Position numbers and translations under genes: made by a program. Below the pieces are notes generated by a model. It did not search any database. It had not been told where the DNA came from and saw nothing but the letters and a program-made list of their open reading frames with translations. Shown here in pieces: positions 19,913 to 29,232 of a stretch of 53,068 nucleotides of DNA. Origin of the DNA: Actinomycetota bacterium (GTDB lineage Bacteria; Actinomycetota; Acidimicrobiia; IMCC26256; VFJJ01); the NCBI GenBank assembly GCA_009886115.1, contig VFJJ01000075.1:1-53068 (forward strand). Direction: 5' to 3'. The stretch's first letter is position 1; the number at the start of each line of letters is the position of its first letter.

Positions 19913-21532
19913 TCAGACGGGCGGGTCCTGGCAAGCCAGGTCGGCGACCGGGATACCCGCTGGGGACGGCACCCGGCGGAGCAGGACGATGGGATCGAGG
20001 CGGAAGGCCTCCTCGAAGGCTCCCGAGTCGAGCAGGCACTGCCAGATCACGAGGCTGTCGCCGTGGGTGAGTGACAGGTCCTGGAGGAGGTACTCGACGA
20101 CTGAAGGATCTGGGGCGGGCGTACCTTGCACGCCGTAGAACACCTTCCGCCACGGGTTGGGGAACGAGTACACGGCCTCACGCTCGGCGAGATGTGGGAC
20201 GAGCAGGTACTGGGCGGAGATCGACGCGTCGTCGGGAACGAGGGCTCGTGCAGCCTGCTTGGCGATGTAGGCCGGATCGTCCTGCACCACCCAGAACCCG
20301 TCGTGGCGTACCGAGAACGGCAGCGTCCCCCAGCTCGCTGACGTTGCCAGGGCGAACGCCACGACCAGGCCGATGGCCCCCCGGGCCCGACCGAAGCGGC
20401 GCCGGGCCAGTCGGGCCGTGCCTTCCACCATCGCCAGCGCTAGCGCCACGGCCGGCAACGCCTGGTAGTGCGGGTTCCTGAACGGGTCGCGGGTGAACAC
20501 CTGATCCGACAGCAGGCTCACCGCAGCCTGCGGGAGCCCGAGCGCCAACGTCGACGGCGAGAGCAATGACACGAACCCGTACGGCGCCAACAGATCGCGT
20601 CCATACCGCCCCGGCTCGTGCCCGTCGACGGTTGACCACACCAGGCCGGGGTCGGTGAGCGCGGTGGCGGCCACCTCGACCGGCGTGTCGCCGAGCTCCC
20701 CGTAGAGCGGCCCGAAGACGGTGCCGTCGCCGCCTTCGGCGCTCGAGAAGTGCGGGATCACCACCATCACCGTCACCACGAACCACGTGGCCGCAGCGCC
20801 GGCGGTGACGAGTCCGATCCGGCGATGCCAGCGCCGGGCCACGAGCAGGCCGAGCATGACCAGGAACAGCGCCACGTCGGCCTTCCACACCACGGCCAGC
20901 AACGCCCACACCGAAAACGCCCGCCAGCGCTGGCGGGATGCCATCAGGTAGGCACACAGCAGCGGGGTCATCGCCATGGTCTCGGGATGGAACGTCTCCC
21001 ACACATTGCCCTGCACGAGCGGGTTCAGCAGCCAGGCGCCGCCCGCCGCCGCCGCCAGCCACCCGTTGTGGAACCGGTCGCGGGCCAGGAGGAACACCGG
21101 CACCGCGCCCAACGCCACCACCGCCGTCTGCACGAAGTTGAGCCCGTGCGGCCCGAACCCCAGCCACGACAAGGGAACGAGCAGGACGTACCCGTACGTG
21201 GCGTTGTGCCCGAACGCTTCCAAGCCCAGGATCGTCGAGAAGCTACGGCCGTGCGCCAGTTGCCACACGTACTGCGTGTGGAAGCCCAGATCGTTGTCGA
21301 ATGTGCCGAATCGATCGTGGCGTTGCCAGACCCGAACGTACTGGAACATGGTCCAGGCGACGATCGCCGTTGCCAGCACGGGAACCGGCCGGACGATGCT
21401 GCTCGTCAACGCATCGAGCAGATGACGACGGTCGGCGTCACCCAGAGGGTCGGGATGGCCCCCGGCCTCGATGGCCAGGGCCTGCAGGTCGGGCCGCGGG
21501 ATGGTCGAGTGGGGGTTCGGCTGGAGCACCAT
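19913..21532 (-). CDS. DUF2079-like polytopic membrane protein (putative GT-C glycosyltransferase)
   Basis: TFDNDLGFHTQYVW, FGHN, ETFHPET, WKAD, HYQ, LVPHLAEREAVYSFP; many transmembrane segments. Confidence 0.75.
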   Translation of the reverse strand: MVLQPNPHSTIPRPDLQALAIEAGGHPDPLGDADRRHLLDALTSSIVRPVPVLATAIVAWTMFQYVRVWQRHDRFGTFDNDLGFHTQYVWQLAHGRSFSTILGLEAFGHNATYGYVLLVPLSWLGFGPHGLNFVQTAVVALGAVPVFLLARDRFHNGWLAAAAGGAWLLNPLVQGNVWETFHPETMAMTPLLCAYLMASRQRWRAFSVWALLAVVWKADVALFLVMLGLLVARRWHRRIGLVTAGAAATWFVVTVMVVIPHFSSAEGGDGTVFGPLYGELGDTPVEVAATALTDPGLVWSTVDGHEPGRYGRDLLAPYGFVSLLSPSTLALGLPQAAVSLLSDQVFTRDPFRNPHYQALPAVALALAMVEGTARLARRRFGRARGAIGLVVAFALATSASWGTLPFSVRHDGFWVVQDDPAYIAKQAARALVPDDASISAQYLLVPHLAEREAVYSFPNPWRKVFYGVQGTPAPDPSVVEYLLQDLSLTHGDSLVIWQCLLDSGAFEEAFRLDPIVLLRRVPSPAGIPVADLACQDPPV

Positions 21533-21559
21533 GGAAGGCTTCCGTTCCCCTTCGACGCG

Positions 21560-21610
21560 CGGGCTGAACCAACGCTCCGGGCTGAGCCAACGCTCCGGGC
21601 TCAGCCGACG
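21560..21610. repeat. 18-bp tandem repeat x~2.8 overlapping the carbonic anhydrase stop codon
   Basis: CGGGCTGAACCAACGCTC / CGGGCTGAGCCAACGCTC / CGGGCTCAGCCGACG. Confidence 0.85.
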
Positions 21611-22737
21611 GGCACGTCGAAGCTGACCGTCCGTTCGTTCAACGGCTGGACCGGGCGGGCATTGGGCTCGGGGAACGCCGCCTTGAACGTCTCGATCTGC
21701 TCGGCGCTCATCGTGATCGTCCCGTTGAGCACGCTCCACTCGACGCCCTCGGTGCACGGCGGTGTGGTCAGCGAACCGTCGTACCGGATGGCCGCCCGAC
21801 CGGCGGCCGCGGGAAGCAGCGTGGTCGGGTCGAACGGCTCGGTCAGCTCGGTCGTGGCCCCCGACTCCGAAGGGACGCCGACGACCAGGGCGTTGGCCGC
21901 CGGATTCGACGCCGTGCCCTCTTCGACGAAGACGCCCACCACGGCGAGTTTTCCATCGGCATCCTTGTGGACGAAGTGGATCTCCATCGCCAGCGCCCGA
22001 CCCGAGACCGTGTGCTCGCTGGGGGCGTGCACGTGGAACTGGGCCAAGTCGTACTCGTGATCGTCGAGGACGATGCCGCCGGCCTCGGTGATGTCGACCT
22101 GCACGGTGTGGCCGTTGTTGACCATCGAAGCCGAACCCGGCTGGTACGCGAACGTGAGGTTGCCGATGTCGGCGGGAACTGCGGAACCGACCTCGATCGG
22201 CGACTGGTGGAGGCCCTCGGCGCAGGCCACATAGGCCTCGTCGAGATCGCCCCAGTGCGTCGCTCCGGCGTCGCCGGCGTAGGTCCAGTGTGCCGAACCC
22301 GAGGCGCTGGAGGCACCCGAGCCGGTGGGCATGATGGTGCCACCGGTCATCTCGTCGGCGTGGCTGGTGTCGTCAGTCGCCTCGTCGTGGGCTGACGCCT
22401 CGGTGTCGGCCGTCGTCTCGTCGGCGTGGGTGGTGTCTCCCATCTCTTCCTCGTGGCTCGAGGCCGCGATGTCCTCGGCCTCGGTGCCAGCCTCGGTGTC
22501 GCTGGCCCCCTCGCCGTCGGACATCCGTGATGATCCAGCGAGGCCGTCGAGCTCGGCGACGCGATCCTCGAGGTCGTAGATCTGCTCCTGGAGGGCGCCG
22601 ATGCGCTCGGCGGTCGGGTCATCGGTGGCGCTGGCGGAGTCTTCGCCGCCACCGATCATGCCGCACCCTGTGAGAAGGGCCGACACGGCGGCGATCGATA
22701 CAGCCTGGAGGAGATGGAGGCGGCTCGCGCTGGTCAC
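21601..22737 (-). CDS. Alpha-class carbonic anhydrase lipoprotein
   Basis: LTGC lipobox; HWTY, QSPI, NNGHTVQ, QFHVHAPSEH, EIHFVH, YDGSLTTPPCTEGVEW, NARPVQPLNER. Confidence 0.93.
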   Translation of the reverse strand: MTSASRLHLLQAVSIAAVSALLTGCGMIGGGEDSASATDDPTAERIGALQEQIYDLEDRVAELDGLAGSSRMSDGEGASDTEAGTEAEDIAASSHEEEMGDTTHADETTADTEASAHDEATDDTSHADEMTGGTIMPTGSGASSASGSAHWTYAGDAGATHWGDLDEAYVACAEGLHQSPIEVGSAVPADIGNLTFAYQPGSASMVNNGHTVQVDITEAGGIVLDDHEYDLAQFHVHAPSEHTVSGRALAMEIHFVHKDADGKLAVVGVFVEEGTASNPAANALVVGVPSESGATTELTEPFDPTTLLPAAAGRAAIRYDGSLTTPPCTEGVEWSVLNGTITMSAEQIETFKAAFPEPNARPVQPLNERTVSFDVPVG

Positions 22738-22813
22738 GGCTCGGACATCGGCACGGGACGAGCTCAGCCTGAGCCCGTTCGAGCGATCAGCCCCACCGCA
22801 CCCGTTCGGGTCC

Positions 22814-24145
22814 TCAGCACCCGGTGCCGGTCCGGGAGTTGTTCACGAAGGGCTGGAGCGGGGGAGTTGCGCCTTCGATGGGAGGCGCTGTGGTCGTGCG
22901 GTGGCGGCCCAGGTTCTGCACCGCCATGAGCTGCCCGTTGGTGTCGCAGGCGATCCCGATCCCCACGCTGTCGAAGCCCGGCTGGAGCAGGTTCCCACGG
23001 TGCCCTGCGGAGTTCATCCACATCTGGTGCACCCAGCCCGAGGTGACCGAGCCGGCGGCGATGTTCTCACCCAAGGAGGCGAAGACGCCGGTGAAGCCCG
23101 GCGCCGCCAGGGTGCTCTGCAGGTTGCGATGGGTGAAGGTGTCGGTGGCGGCGAGATGCACGGCCCATTCCTGGGCCAGTGCGGCCAGCTGCGGATCCCA
23201 GGTGAGCGGAGCCAGTCCCCGACCGGCCCGCTCACTGTTGAGGAGATCGAACACTTCGCGTGCGATCACCGCCGAACGGGTGCTGACGACGGTCCCGGGA
23301 GACGCGTTCGCCCCCGCTGCGGTGAACGACACCGTCGTGCCGTCGGCGCTGGCGACCTGGTAGCCGGTGCCGTCGGGGAGGCGGGCGATCCCGACCGCAG
23401 GTGACGTCAAGGCCGGCGTTGACCCGTACATCGGCGCGTCACCGAAGGCCAGCACCTGACCGGCAGTGGTGACCATCCACGATCCGAGCCCCGACATGGT
23501 GGCCGCCATCCCGACGATCGGGTCGGTCCGCGCCCGTCCACCGCCTGAGCCGTGGAACCGAGCGTCTCCGAAGGCGAAGATGCCGCCGTCGCTGGCTACG
23601 AGCCAGTAGCCCTTACCGGTGGGCGTCGCGGCCATGGCCGTGATCGGCTGGACCAGCGGCAGGTTGCCCGTTGACCCGTGGAAGACGGCGTCTCCGAAGG
23701 CGAAGATGCCGCCGTCGCTGGCGACGAGCCAGTAGCCCTTGCCGGTGGGAGTGGCAGCCATGTCGACGATCGGCTTGTTGAGGGCGATGTTGCCGGTCGA
23801 GCCGTGGAAGACGGCGTCTCCGAAGGCGAAGATGCCGCCGTCGCTGGCGACGAGCCAGTACCCGGTGCCACTGGCCGTGGGCGCCATGCCCACGATGGGA
23901 CGGTTGAGGCGTGCCGCCTCCATGCCGCCGAGATCGGGTGATGACCCGTGACCCGAGACGTCGCCGTCGGTGGCGACGAGCCAGTAGCCGCTGCGGTCGG
24001 GCTTCACCGCGAACCCGCTCACCGGGCTGCTCCCGGCAGCGGAGGCCGACCGCTCGCGCAGCGGCACCAGCGCAGCGACGATTGCGAGCACTGCGACGGC
24101 GACCGCGATCTTCCTGGCCCTGGGCGCGGGAACAGTGGGACTCAC
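22814..24145 (-). CDS. Secreted CAP/SCP-domain protein with N-terminal GYWLVASDGGIFAFG repeats
   Basis: Signal peptide; 42-aa repeats (126-nt period at 23562/23688/23814); CAP motifs NSER, GENIA, WMNSAGHRGNLL. Confidence 0.88.
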   Translation of the reverse strand: MSPTVPAPRARKIAVAVAVLAIVAALVPLRERSASAAGSSPVSGFAVKPDRSGYWLVATDGDVSGHGSSPDLGGMEAARLNRPIVGMAPTASGTGYWLVASDGGIFAFGDAVFHGSTGNIALNKPIVDMAATPTGKGYWLVASDGGIFAFGDAVFHGSTGNLPLVQPITAMAATPTGKGYWLVASDGGIFAFGDARFHGSGGGRARTDPIVGMAATMSGLGSWMVTTAGQVLAFGDAPMYGSTPALTSPAVGIARLPDGTGYQVASADGTTVSFTAAGANASPGTVVSTRSAVIAREVFDLLNSERAGRGLAPLTWDPQLAALAQEWAVHLAATDTFTHRNLQSTLAAPGFTGVFASLGENIAAGSVTSGWVHQMWMNSAGHRGNLLQPGFDSVGIGIACDTNGQLMAVQNLGRHRTTTAPPIEGATPPLQPFVNNSRTGTGC

Positions 24146-24274
24146 GACCTCAGTGTCGGCACCCGTGCGCGCGGCTTGACTGCTCGTACCGGACGTCGGG
24201 GTCGAAACCTCCGCCGGCGGCAGAGATATTGTTCCCCTTGTTCCCCTTGTCCCCCTTGGAGGATTCCGTAGGGC

Positions 24275-24718
24275 TCAGGGATGATGTCGGGAGGGGCCGC
24301 ACACGAGCAGCCCGATCTCGTCGGAGATCACCTCGATCTCCACGACGACCGGGAGATCGAGGCGGAGGTCGGTCGAGGCGAAGTCGTCTGCGAGGAGCGC
24401 GACGACGCGTACGCCCTCTTCCAGCTCGACCACGACCGACGCGTACGGCAGACGGGAGCCCATCCCCGACTCGAACTGCTGGTGCGTCGTGGTCCAGCTC
24501 CACACCACGCCGCGACCGGTCGAGGGCTCCCACGTCCATTGGTCGGAGCCACAGCTCGGGCACAGGACCCGGGGGAGGTGTCGCCAGGCCCGACATGTTC
24601 CACACCGCTGGAAACGCAGCTCGCCGCGCCCGCACCAGGCGTAGAACTCGGCGTCGAGGCCCTCGGGGCGCGGCAGTGGGCGATCGGGAACCCGCGGCTG
24701 ATCAGCGCGCTTGCTCAT
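24275..24718 (-). CDS. DUF35 Zn-ribbon/OB-fold protein
   Basis: QRCGTC...PRVLCPSC, GRGVVWSWT, VELEEGVR. Confidence 0.88.
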   Translation of the reverse strand: MSKRADQPRVPDRPLPRPEGLDAEFYAWCGRGELRFQRCGTCRAWRHLPRVLCPSCGSDQWTWEPSTGRGVVWSWTTTHQQFESGMGSRLPYASVVVELEEGVRVVALLADDFASTDLRLDLPVVVEIEVISDEIGLLVCGPSRHHP

Positions 24719-24734
24719 CGCCCCACGCTCGGGA

Positions 24735-25916
24735 TCATCGGGCCCGGGCCAGCACGGCCACCGAGCCGTCGCCGAAGTCGCCCCATCCGGTCACAACGCC
24801 GATCTCGGCATTGGGCACCTGGGCGGGCCCGGCATCGTGTCGTAATTGGCGAACCAGCTCCACGACGTGGTTCATCCCCCACATGTGCCCCTGCGACAAC
24901 AATCCCCCGTGGGTGTTCAGCGGATACCGGCCGCCGAGCCCGATCGTGCCGTCGGCGACGAAGCCGGCGGCCTCGCCGGGGCCGCACAGGCCCAACGCCT
25001 CGAGCTGCAGGAGCACCACGTAGGTGAAGCAGTCGTAGATCTCGAGGAGGTCGACCTCGTGCGGCGAGATCCCGGCCATGGCGAAGGCCCGAGGGGCGGC
25101 GTCGCTCAGCGCGATGCGCAGCGGGTCGCGTCGGCTGAGGAGATCGTCGGCCGGGTACGGATGGGCCTCGGCCACTCCGAGGACGACGGCCGGAGCGTGG
25201 CGGAGGTCGCGCGCCCGCTCGACGCTGGTGAGCACGATCGCGCACGCTGCGTCGGTCTCGAGGCAGCAGTCGAACAAGCGCAACGGTTCGGCGACCCATC
25301 GAGCCTGCAGGTAGTCGTCGAGCGTGAGGGGCCGACCTCGCATGAGCGCCCGCTCGTTGAGCTGTGCGTGGTTCCGGCAGGCGACGGCGACCGCTCCGGC
25401 GGCTTCGTCGGGAACGCCATGGAGGAGCTTGTAGCGGTTGAAGAGCCATGAGTAGAACTGCGCCGGCACCCTCACGCCGTAGGGCCGGTAGTACTGCGAG
25501 AGCGTGCGTGTCATGGGGTTCGGCCCGCTCGGAGGACGGTCGGTGCCGCGCGTCGCGGCGGCACCCGAACGCATCGCCGAGTATCCGTCCCAGCCGACGA
25601 CGCACAAGACGGTGTGGGCGACGCCCGTCGCGATGGCCATCGCCGCGGTCTGCAACGTGGCCGTCGAGCTGGCACCACCCATGGCGATGGTGCTGCTGTA
25701 GCGCAGGCTCTCGATGCCCAGGTTCGCGGCGAGCTCCTCGACGGTCACGAACCCCGGCGGGGGGATGACCCCATCGACGTCGCTCATCGTGAGACCGGCA
25801 TCGGCCACGGCGTGCTGCGCGGTCCTGAGCATCCGCTCGAGGTTGGAGACCGTGGAGCCGCGGACGTAGTCGGTCTCGGCGATCCCCACGACAGCGCTAG
25901 CTCCAGAGATGCTCAT
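24735..25916 (-). CDS. Thiolase-like (SCP-x/Ltp-type) protein
   Basis: FDCCLETDAACA, EIYDCFT, NTHGGLLSQGH; adjacent to the DUF35 gene. Confidence 0.88.
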   Translation of the reverse strand: MSISGASAVVGIAETDYVRGSTVSNLERMLRTAQHAVADAGLTMSDVDGVIPPPGFVTVEELAANLGIESLRYSSTIAMGGASSTATLQTAAMAIATGVAHTVLCVVGWDGYSAMRSGAAATRGTDRPPSGPNPMTRTLSQYYRPYGVRVPAQFYSWLFNRYKLLHGVPDEAAGAVAVACRNHAQLNERALMRGRPLTLDDYLQARWVAEPLRLFDCCLETDAACAIVLTSVERARDLRHAPAVVLGVAEAHPYPADDLLSRRDPLRIALSDAAPRAFAMAGISPHEVDLLEIYDCFTYVVLLQLEALGLCGPGEAAGFVADGTIGLGGRYPLNTHGGLLSQGHMWGMNHVVELVRQLRHDAGPAQVPNAEIGVVTGWGDFGDGSVAVLARAR

Positions 25917-25968
25917 CACCAGTTCTCCCAAGGGTTCTGCGGCATCAATCGCCCTGCGGTCTCAGCGG

Positions 25969-26601
25969 TCAATGTCCCCGATGGAGCCATTCGGCGAGGT
26001 GCGGCGCCTCGTCGCCGATCGTGGTGGAGTCGCCATGACCCGTGTGGACGACGGTGGCGGGTGGGAGCACGAGGAGTCGGTCGCGGATCGACTCGACGAT
26101 GGTGCCGAAGTCGGAGTACGAGCGCCCGGTGGCGCCCGGACCGCCCTTGAACAGCGTGTCGCCGCCGAAGACGTGGCCCACCTCGTCGTGCAGGCACACG
26201 CCGCCCGGCGAGTGCCCCGGCGTGTGCAGCACCTTCAGCCGAGCCGACCCGGCGGGGATCAGCTGACCGTCGTCGAGGAGACGGTCGGGCGCGACGTCGG
26301 GGTACACGACGTCCCAGAGCATCCGGTCGGCCGGATGGAGCGCGATGGGGGCGTCGACGATGTCCTGGAGAGCGAGCGCGGCGTTGATGTGGTCGTTGTG
26401 CCCGTGGGTGCACACGATCATCCGCACCCGGCGCCCGCCGATGGCCTCGGCGATCGGCCCGGCGGTGTGGGCCGCGTCGACCACGATCACCTCGTTGTCG
26501 TCGCCCACGAGCCAGATGTTGTTGTCGACCTGGAAGTCGCCGCCATCGAGGGAGAAGATCCCTGAGGTCACGACCCGGTCGATGCGCGCCACGCCGGCCA
26601 C
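25969..26601 (-). CDS. MBL-fold hydrolase, Rv2260-like partner of MscR
   Basis: THGHNDH, HTPGHSPG, GDTLF, GPGATGRSYSDF; directly downstream of mscR. Confidence 0.9.
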   Translation of the reverse strand: MAGVARIDRVVTSGIFSLDGGDFQVDNNIWLVGDDNEVIVVDAAHTAGPIAEAIGGRRVRMIVCTHGHNDHINAALALQDIVDAPIALHPADRMLWDVVYPDVAPDRLLDDGQLIPAGSARLKVLHTPGHSPGGVCLHDEVGHVFGGDTLFKGGPGATGRSYSDFGTIVESIRDRLLVLPPATVVHTGHGDSTTIGDEAPHLAEWLHRGH

Positions 26602-26607
26602 GAGTGC

Positions 26608-27783
26608 CTAGCCCTTGACCTTGGCGGTGGCGGCCCTGGCTGCGGTGGTGACCCGAGCCGTGGCGGCCTTGGTCTTGGCCCCCTTGCCGGGCTTGTCGAT
26701 CGTGACGACCGACCGCAGGACCTTGCCCTGCTCCATCTTGTGGAACGCGCTCTCGATCTCGTCGAGGGCGATCGTCTCCGACACGAACCGGTCGAGGTCG
26801 AAGCGCCCTTGGAGGTAGAGGTCGATGAGCATCGGGAAGTCGCGGCTGGGCAGGCAGTCGCCGTACCACGACGACTTGAGCGCCCCGCCCCGTCCGAAGA
26901 ACTCGATCATCGGCAGGTCGGGCATGCGCATATGGGGGTTGGGCACGCCCACCTGCACCACGGTGCCGGCGAGGTCTCGGGCGAAGAACGCCTGCTCGAG
27001 CACCGCAGGATGGCCGACGGCCTCGATGCACAGGTCTGCGCCATGGCCGCCGGTGAGCTTCCTGATGGCTTCGACCGGGTCGACCTTGGCGGCATTGACG
27101 ACGTGTGTGGCCCCGAACTCCTTGGCCCACTTGAGCTTCCGAGTATCGAGATCGACGGCGATGATCGTCCGAGCGCCAGCGAGCTTGGCGGCGGCGATGG
27201 CCGCGTCGCCCACACCGCCGCAGCCGAAGACGGCGATGGTGTCACCCCTCGAGACGCCTCCGGTGTAGGTCGCGGCGCCGAAGCCGGCCATCACGCCGCA
27301 TCCGAGCAGCCCGGCCGCCTCTGGCCGCGCGGCCTTGTCGACGGGCGTGCACTGGCCCGCGGCCACCAGGGTCTTCTCGGCGAAGGCGCCGATCCCCAGG
27401 GCCGGCGACAGCGGACGGCCGTCGAGCAACGTCATCTTCTGGGTGGCGTTGAACGTCGAGAAGCAGTACCAGGGCCGTCCGCGAAGGCACGAGCGGCAGT
27501 TGCCGCAGACTGCACGCCAGTTGAGCACGACGAAATCGCCAGCTCGTACGTTGCTCACGCCCGGGCCCACGCTCTCGACGATCCCGGCGGCCTCGTGGCC
27601 GAGCAGGAAGGGGAAGTCGTCGTTGATGGCGCCTTCGCGGTAGTGGAGGTCGGTGTGGCACACGCCGCACGCCTGGACCTTCACGACCGCCTCGCCCGGC
27701 CCGGGGTCGGGAACGATGATCGTCTCGAGGGTGACGGGCTTCTTCTTCGCCAGGGCGACGACACCCTTGACCTGTTGTGCCAT
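26608..27783 (-). CDS. mscR: S-(hydroxymethyl)mycothiol dehydrogenase / S-nitrosomycothiol reductase
   Basis: [58 protein letters not shown]. Confidence 0.93.
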   Translation of the reverse strand: MAQQVKGVVALAKKKPVTLETIIVPDPGPGEAVVKVQACGVCHTDLHYREGAINDDFPFLLGHEAAGIVESVGPGVSNVRAGDFVVLNWRAVCGNCRSCLRGRPWYCFSTFNATQKMTLLDGRPLSPALGIGAFAEKTLVAAGQCTPVDKAARPEAAGLLGCGVMAGFGAATYTGGVSRGDTIAVFGCGGVGDAAIAAAKLAGARTIIAVDLDTRKLKWAKEFGATHVVNAAKVDPVEAIRKLTGGHGADLCIEAVGHPAVLEQAFFARDLAGTVVQVGVPNPHMRMPDLPMIEFFGRGGALKSSWYGDCLPSRDFPMLIDLYLQGRFDLDRFVSETIALDEIESAFHKMEQGKVLRSVVTIDKPGKGAKTKAATARVTTAARAATAKVKG

Positions 27784-27936
27784 GGTGGCTCCTCACGCGG
27801 GGAAACGGCGTCGGGAGACTATCGCCGCCACCACGTCCGTCGGGTGGGCCATGGTGCGCGCCGCCGGCGGGTTGGCCGACGACCGGGTTACTGTGGAAGG
27901 GCTCTGATACTCGAGGTACTCGGCGCGGGGGTTGCG

Positions 27937-29199
27937 ATGCAGACGAGGTTCCCGATGCTCGACTTCGACGACTTCCACCTCGTCGAGCTCCCGGCCCGTC
28001 TCGCCGCCGGCAACGGCGCGTTGGCCCGTGCCGACCTCGAAGGCCAGGCGCCCCTTGGGTTCTGTCTCCCCGATGGTCGGGCATACACGTTCGTCGTCGA
28101 CGGCGATTCGATCCGGGTCGAGCCGGGCTCGGCACTCGCAGCGACGCTCGTCGAGATGTCAGCGACGGCCTGGAGCGACTACGCCCACGAGCTGCGCACG
28201 TCCTTCGGGCTGCTCTACGCCGGCGAGGTGACCGCCGTGCGGGGGGGCCTCGAGACGCTGATCCGCTGGGAGCCGGCCATGCGGGCGATGATCGTCGGGC
28301 GTCCCATCTACGACCCTGCTCAGGTCGCGACATCGCTGAGGGCGCTCGACGGCTCGCCTCTCGAGCTCGGGCGATCGTTCCTCTTCGAGTCGGTCGCGCC
28401 CGGCGCCGGGGCGCCCGACCCGGCAGCGGCCGACGAGCTCCGCCACTTCATGCAGACGGCGGGCTTCGCGCACGTCCGGGGCGTGTTCGGGGCCGGCGAG
28501 CTGCAGGCGATCACGGATGAGGTCGAACGGTTGCAGGCCGCGGCACGTCCAGGCGACGACCGATCGTGGTGGGCCCGTGACGGGTCCGGTTCGGAGCTGC
28601 TGTGCCGGCTGATCTACATCTCCGAGCGGTCGGCGCTGCTCGCGGCCATGCACCACGACGAGCGGCTGAAGGCTCTGATCGAGATCGTCCGGCCCCCGGG
28701 CGTCTCGTTCGTCGTCGCACCCGATCGGGGCGACGGGCACACGGTCGTGATCAAGAACCCGGGCGCGGTGGAGGGCCTCTCCGACCTGCCCTGGCACGTC
28801 GACTGCGGTCTCGGTGGCCATCCGGTGCTGTGCCCCACGATCAACGTCGGCATCCAGCTCGATCCGGCAACGGCCGAGAGCGGCCAGCTCCACTTCCTCG
28901 CCGGCTCGCATCTCACCTCGTGTCATCAGTTGAGCGACGATGAGATGCGCCTGGGCCGCCATCCCACGGTTGCCGTCACCACCGAACCGGGCGACGTCAC
29001 GATGCACTTCGCCCACTGCCTGCACGCGGCGCCGTCGCCCACGGCCCCGCAGGGCACACCCGGACGCAGAGCGCTCTACGTGGGTTGGGACAATCCGGCG
29101 TTGTTGGAGATGGTCGAGGCGGGCACCGGCTACAACGACATCGTGCTCCGATCGAGCACCGACAACGTGGTGCGATCGGTCCCCGAGCAACTCCGCTGA
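27937..29199 (+). CDS. PhyH-family Fe(II)/2-oxoglutarate dioxygenase with N-terminal extension
   Basis: LPWHVD (HxD), LHFLAGSH, EPGDVTMHFAHCLHAA. Confidence 0.8.
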   Translation: MQTRFPMLDFDDFHLVELPARLAAGNGALARADLEGQAPLGFCLPDGRAYTFVVDGDSIRVEPGSALAATLVEMSATAWSDYAHELRTSFGLLYAGEVTAVRGGLETLIRWEPAMRAMIVGRPIYDPAQVATSLRALDGSPLELGRSFLFESVAPGAGAPDPAAADELRHFMQTAGFAHVRGVFGAGELQAITDEVERLQAAARPGDDRSWWARDGSGSELLCRLIYISERSALLAAMHHDERLKALIEIVRPPGVSFVVAPDRGDGHTVVIKNPGAVEGLSDLPWHVDCGLGGHPVLCPTINVGIQLDPATAESGQLHFLAGSHLTSCHQLSDDEMRLGRHPTVAVTTEPGDVTMHFAHCLHAAPSPTAPQGTPGRRALYVGWDNPALLEMVEAGTGYNDIVLRSSTDNVVRSVPEQLR

Positions 29200-29232
29200 G
29201 TGCTCCGCTGAGTGCTGCGCTAGCTTCCGCAC

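Noticed and set aside
23562..23900. 126-bp near-identical DNA repeats as a mobile or DGR-type repeat
   Set aside because: Fully explained by the 42-aa protein repeats; no reverse transcriptase in the window
24190..24225. tRNA/tmRNA-like 3' end (GGACGTCGGGGTCGAAACCTCC)
   Set aside because: Stem pairing and CCA end are not satisfied; probably chance
26740..27936. Apparent 400-aa N-terminal extension of the PhyH ORF
   Set aside because: It is the antisense frame of mscR; the real start is likely ATG 27937
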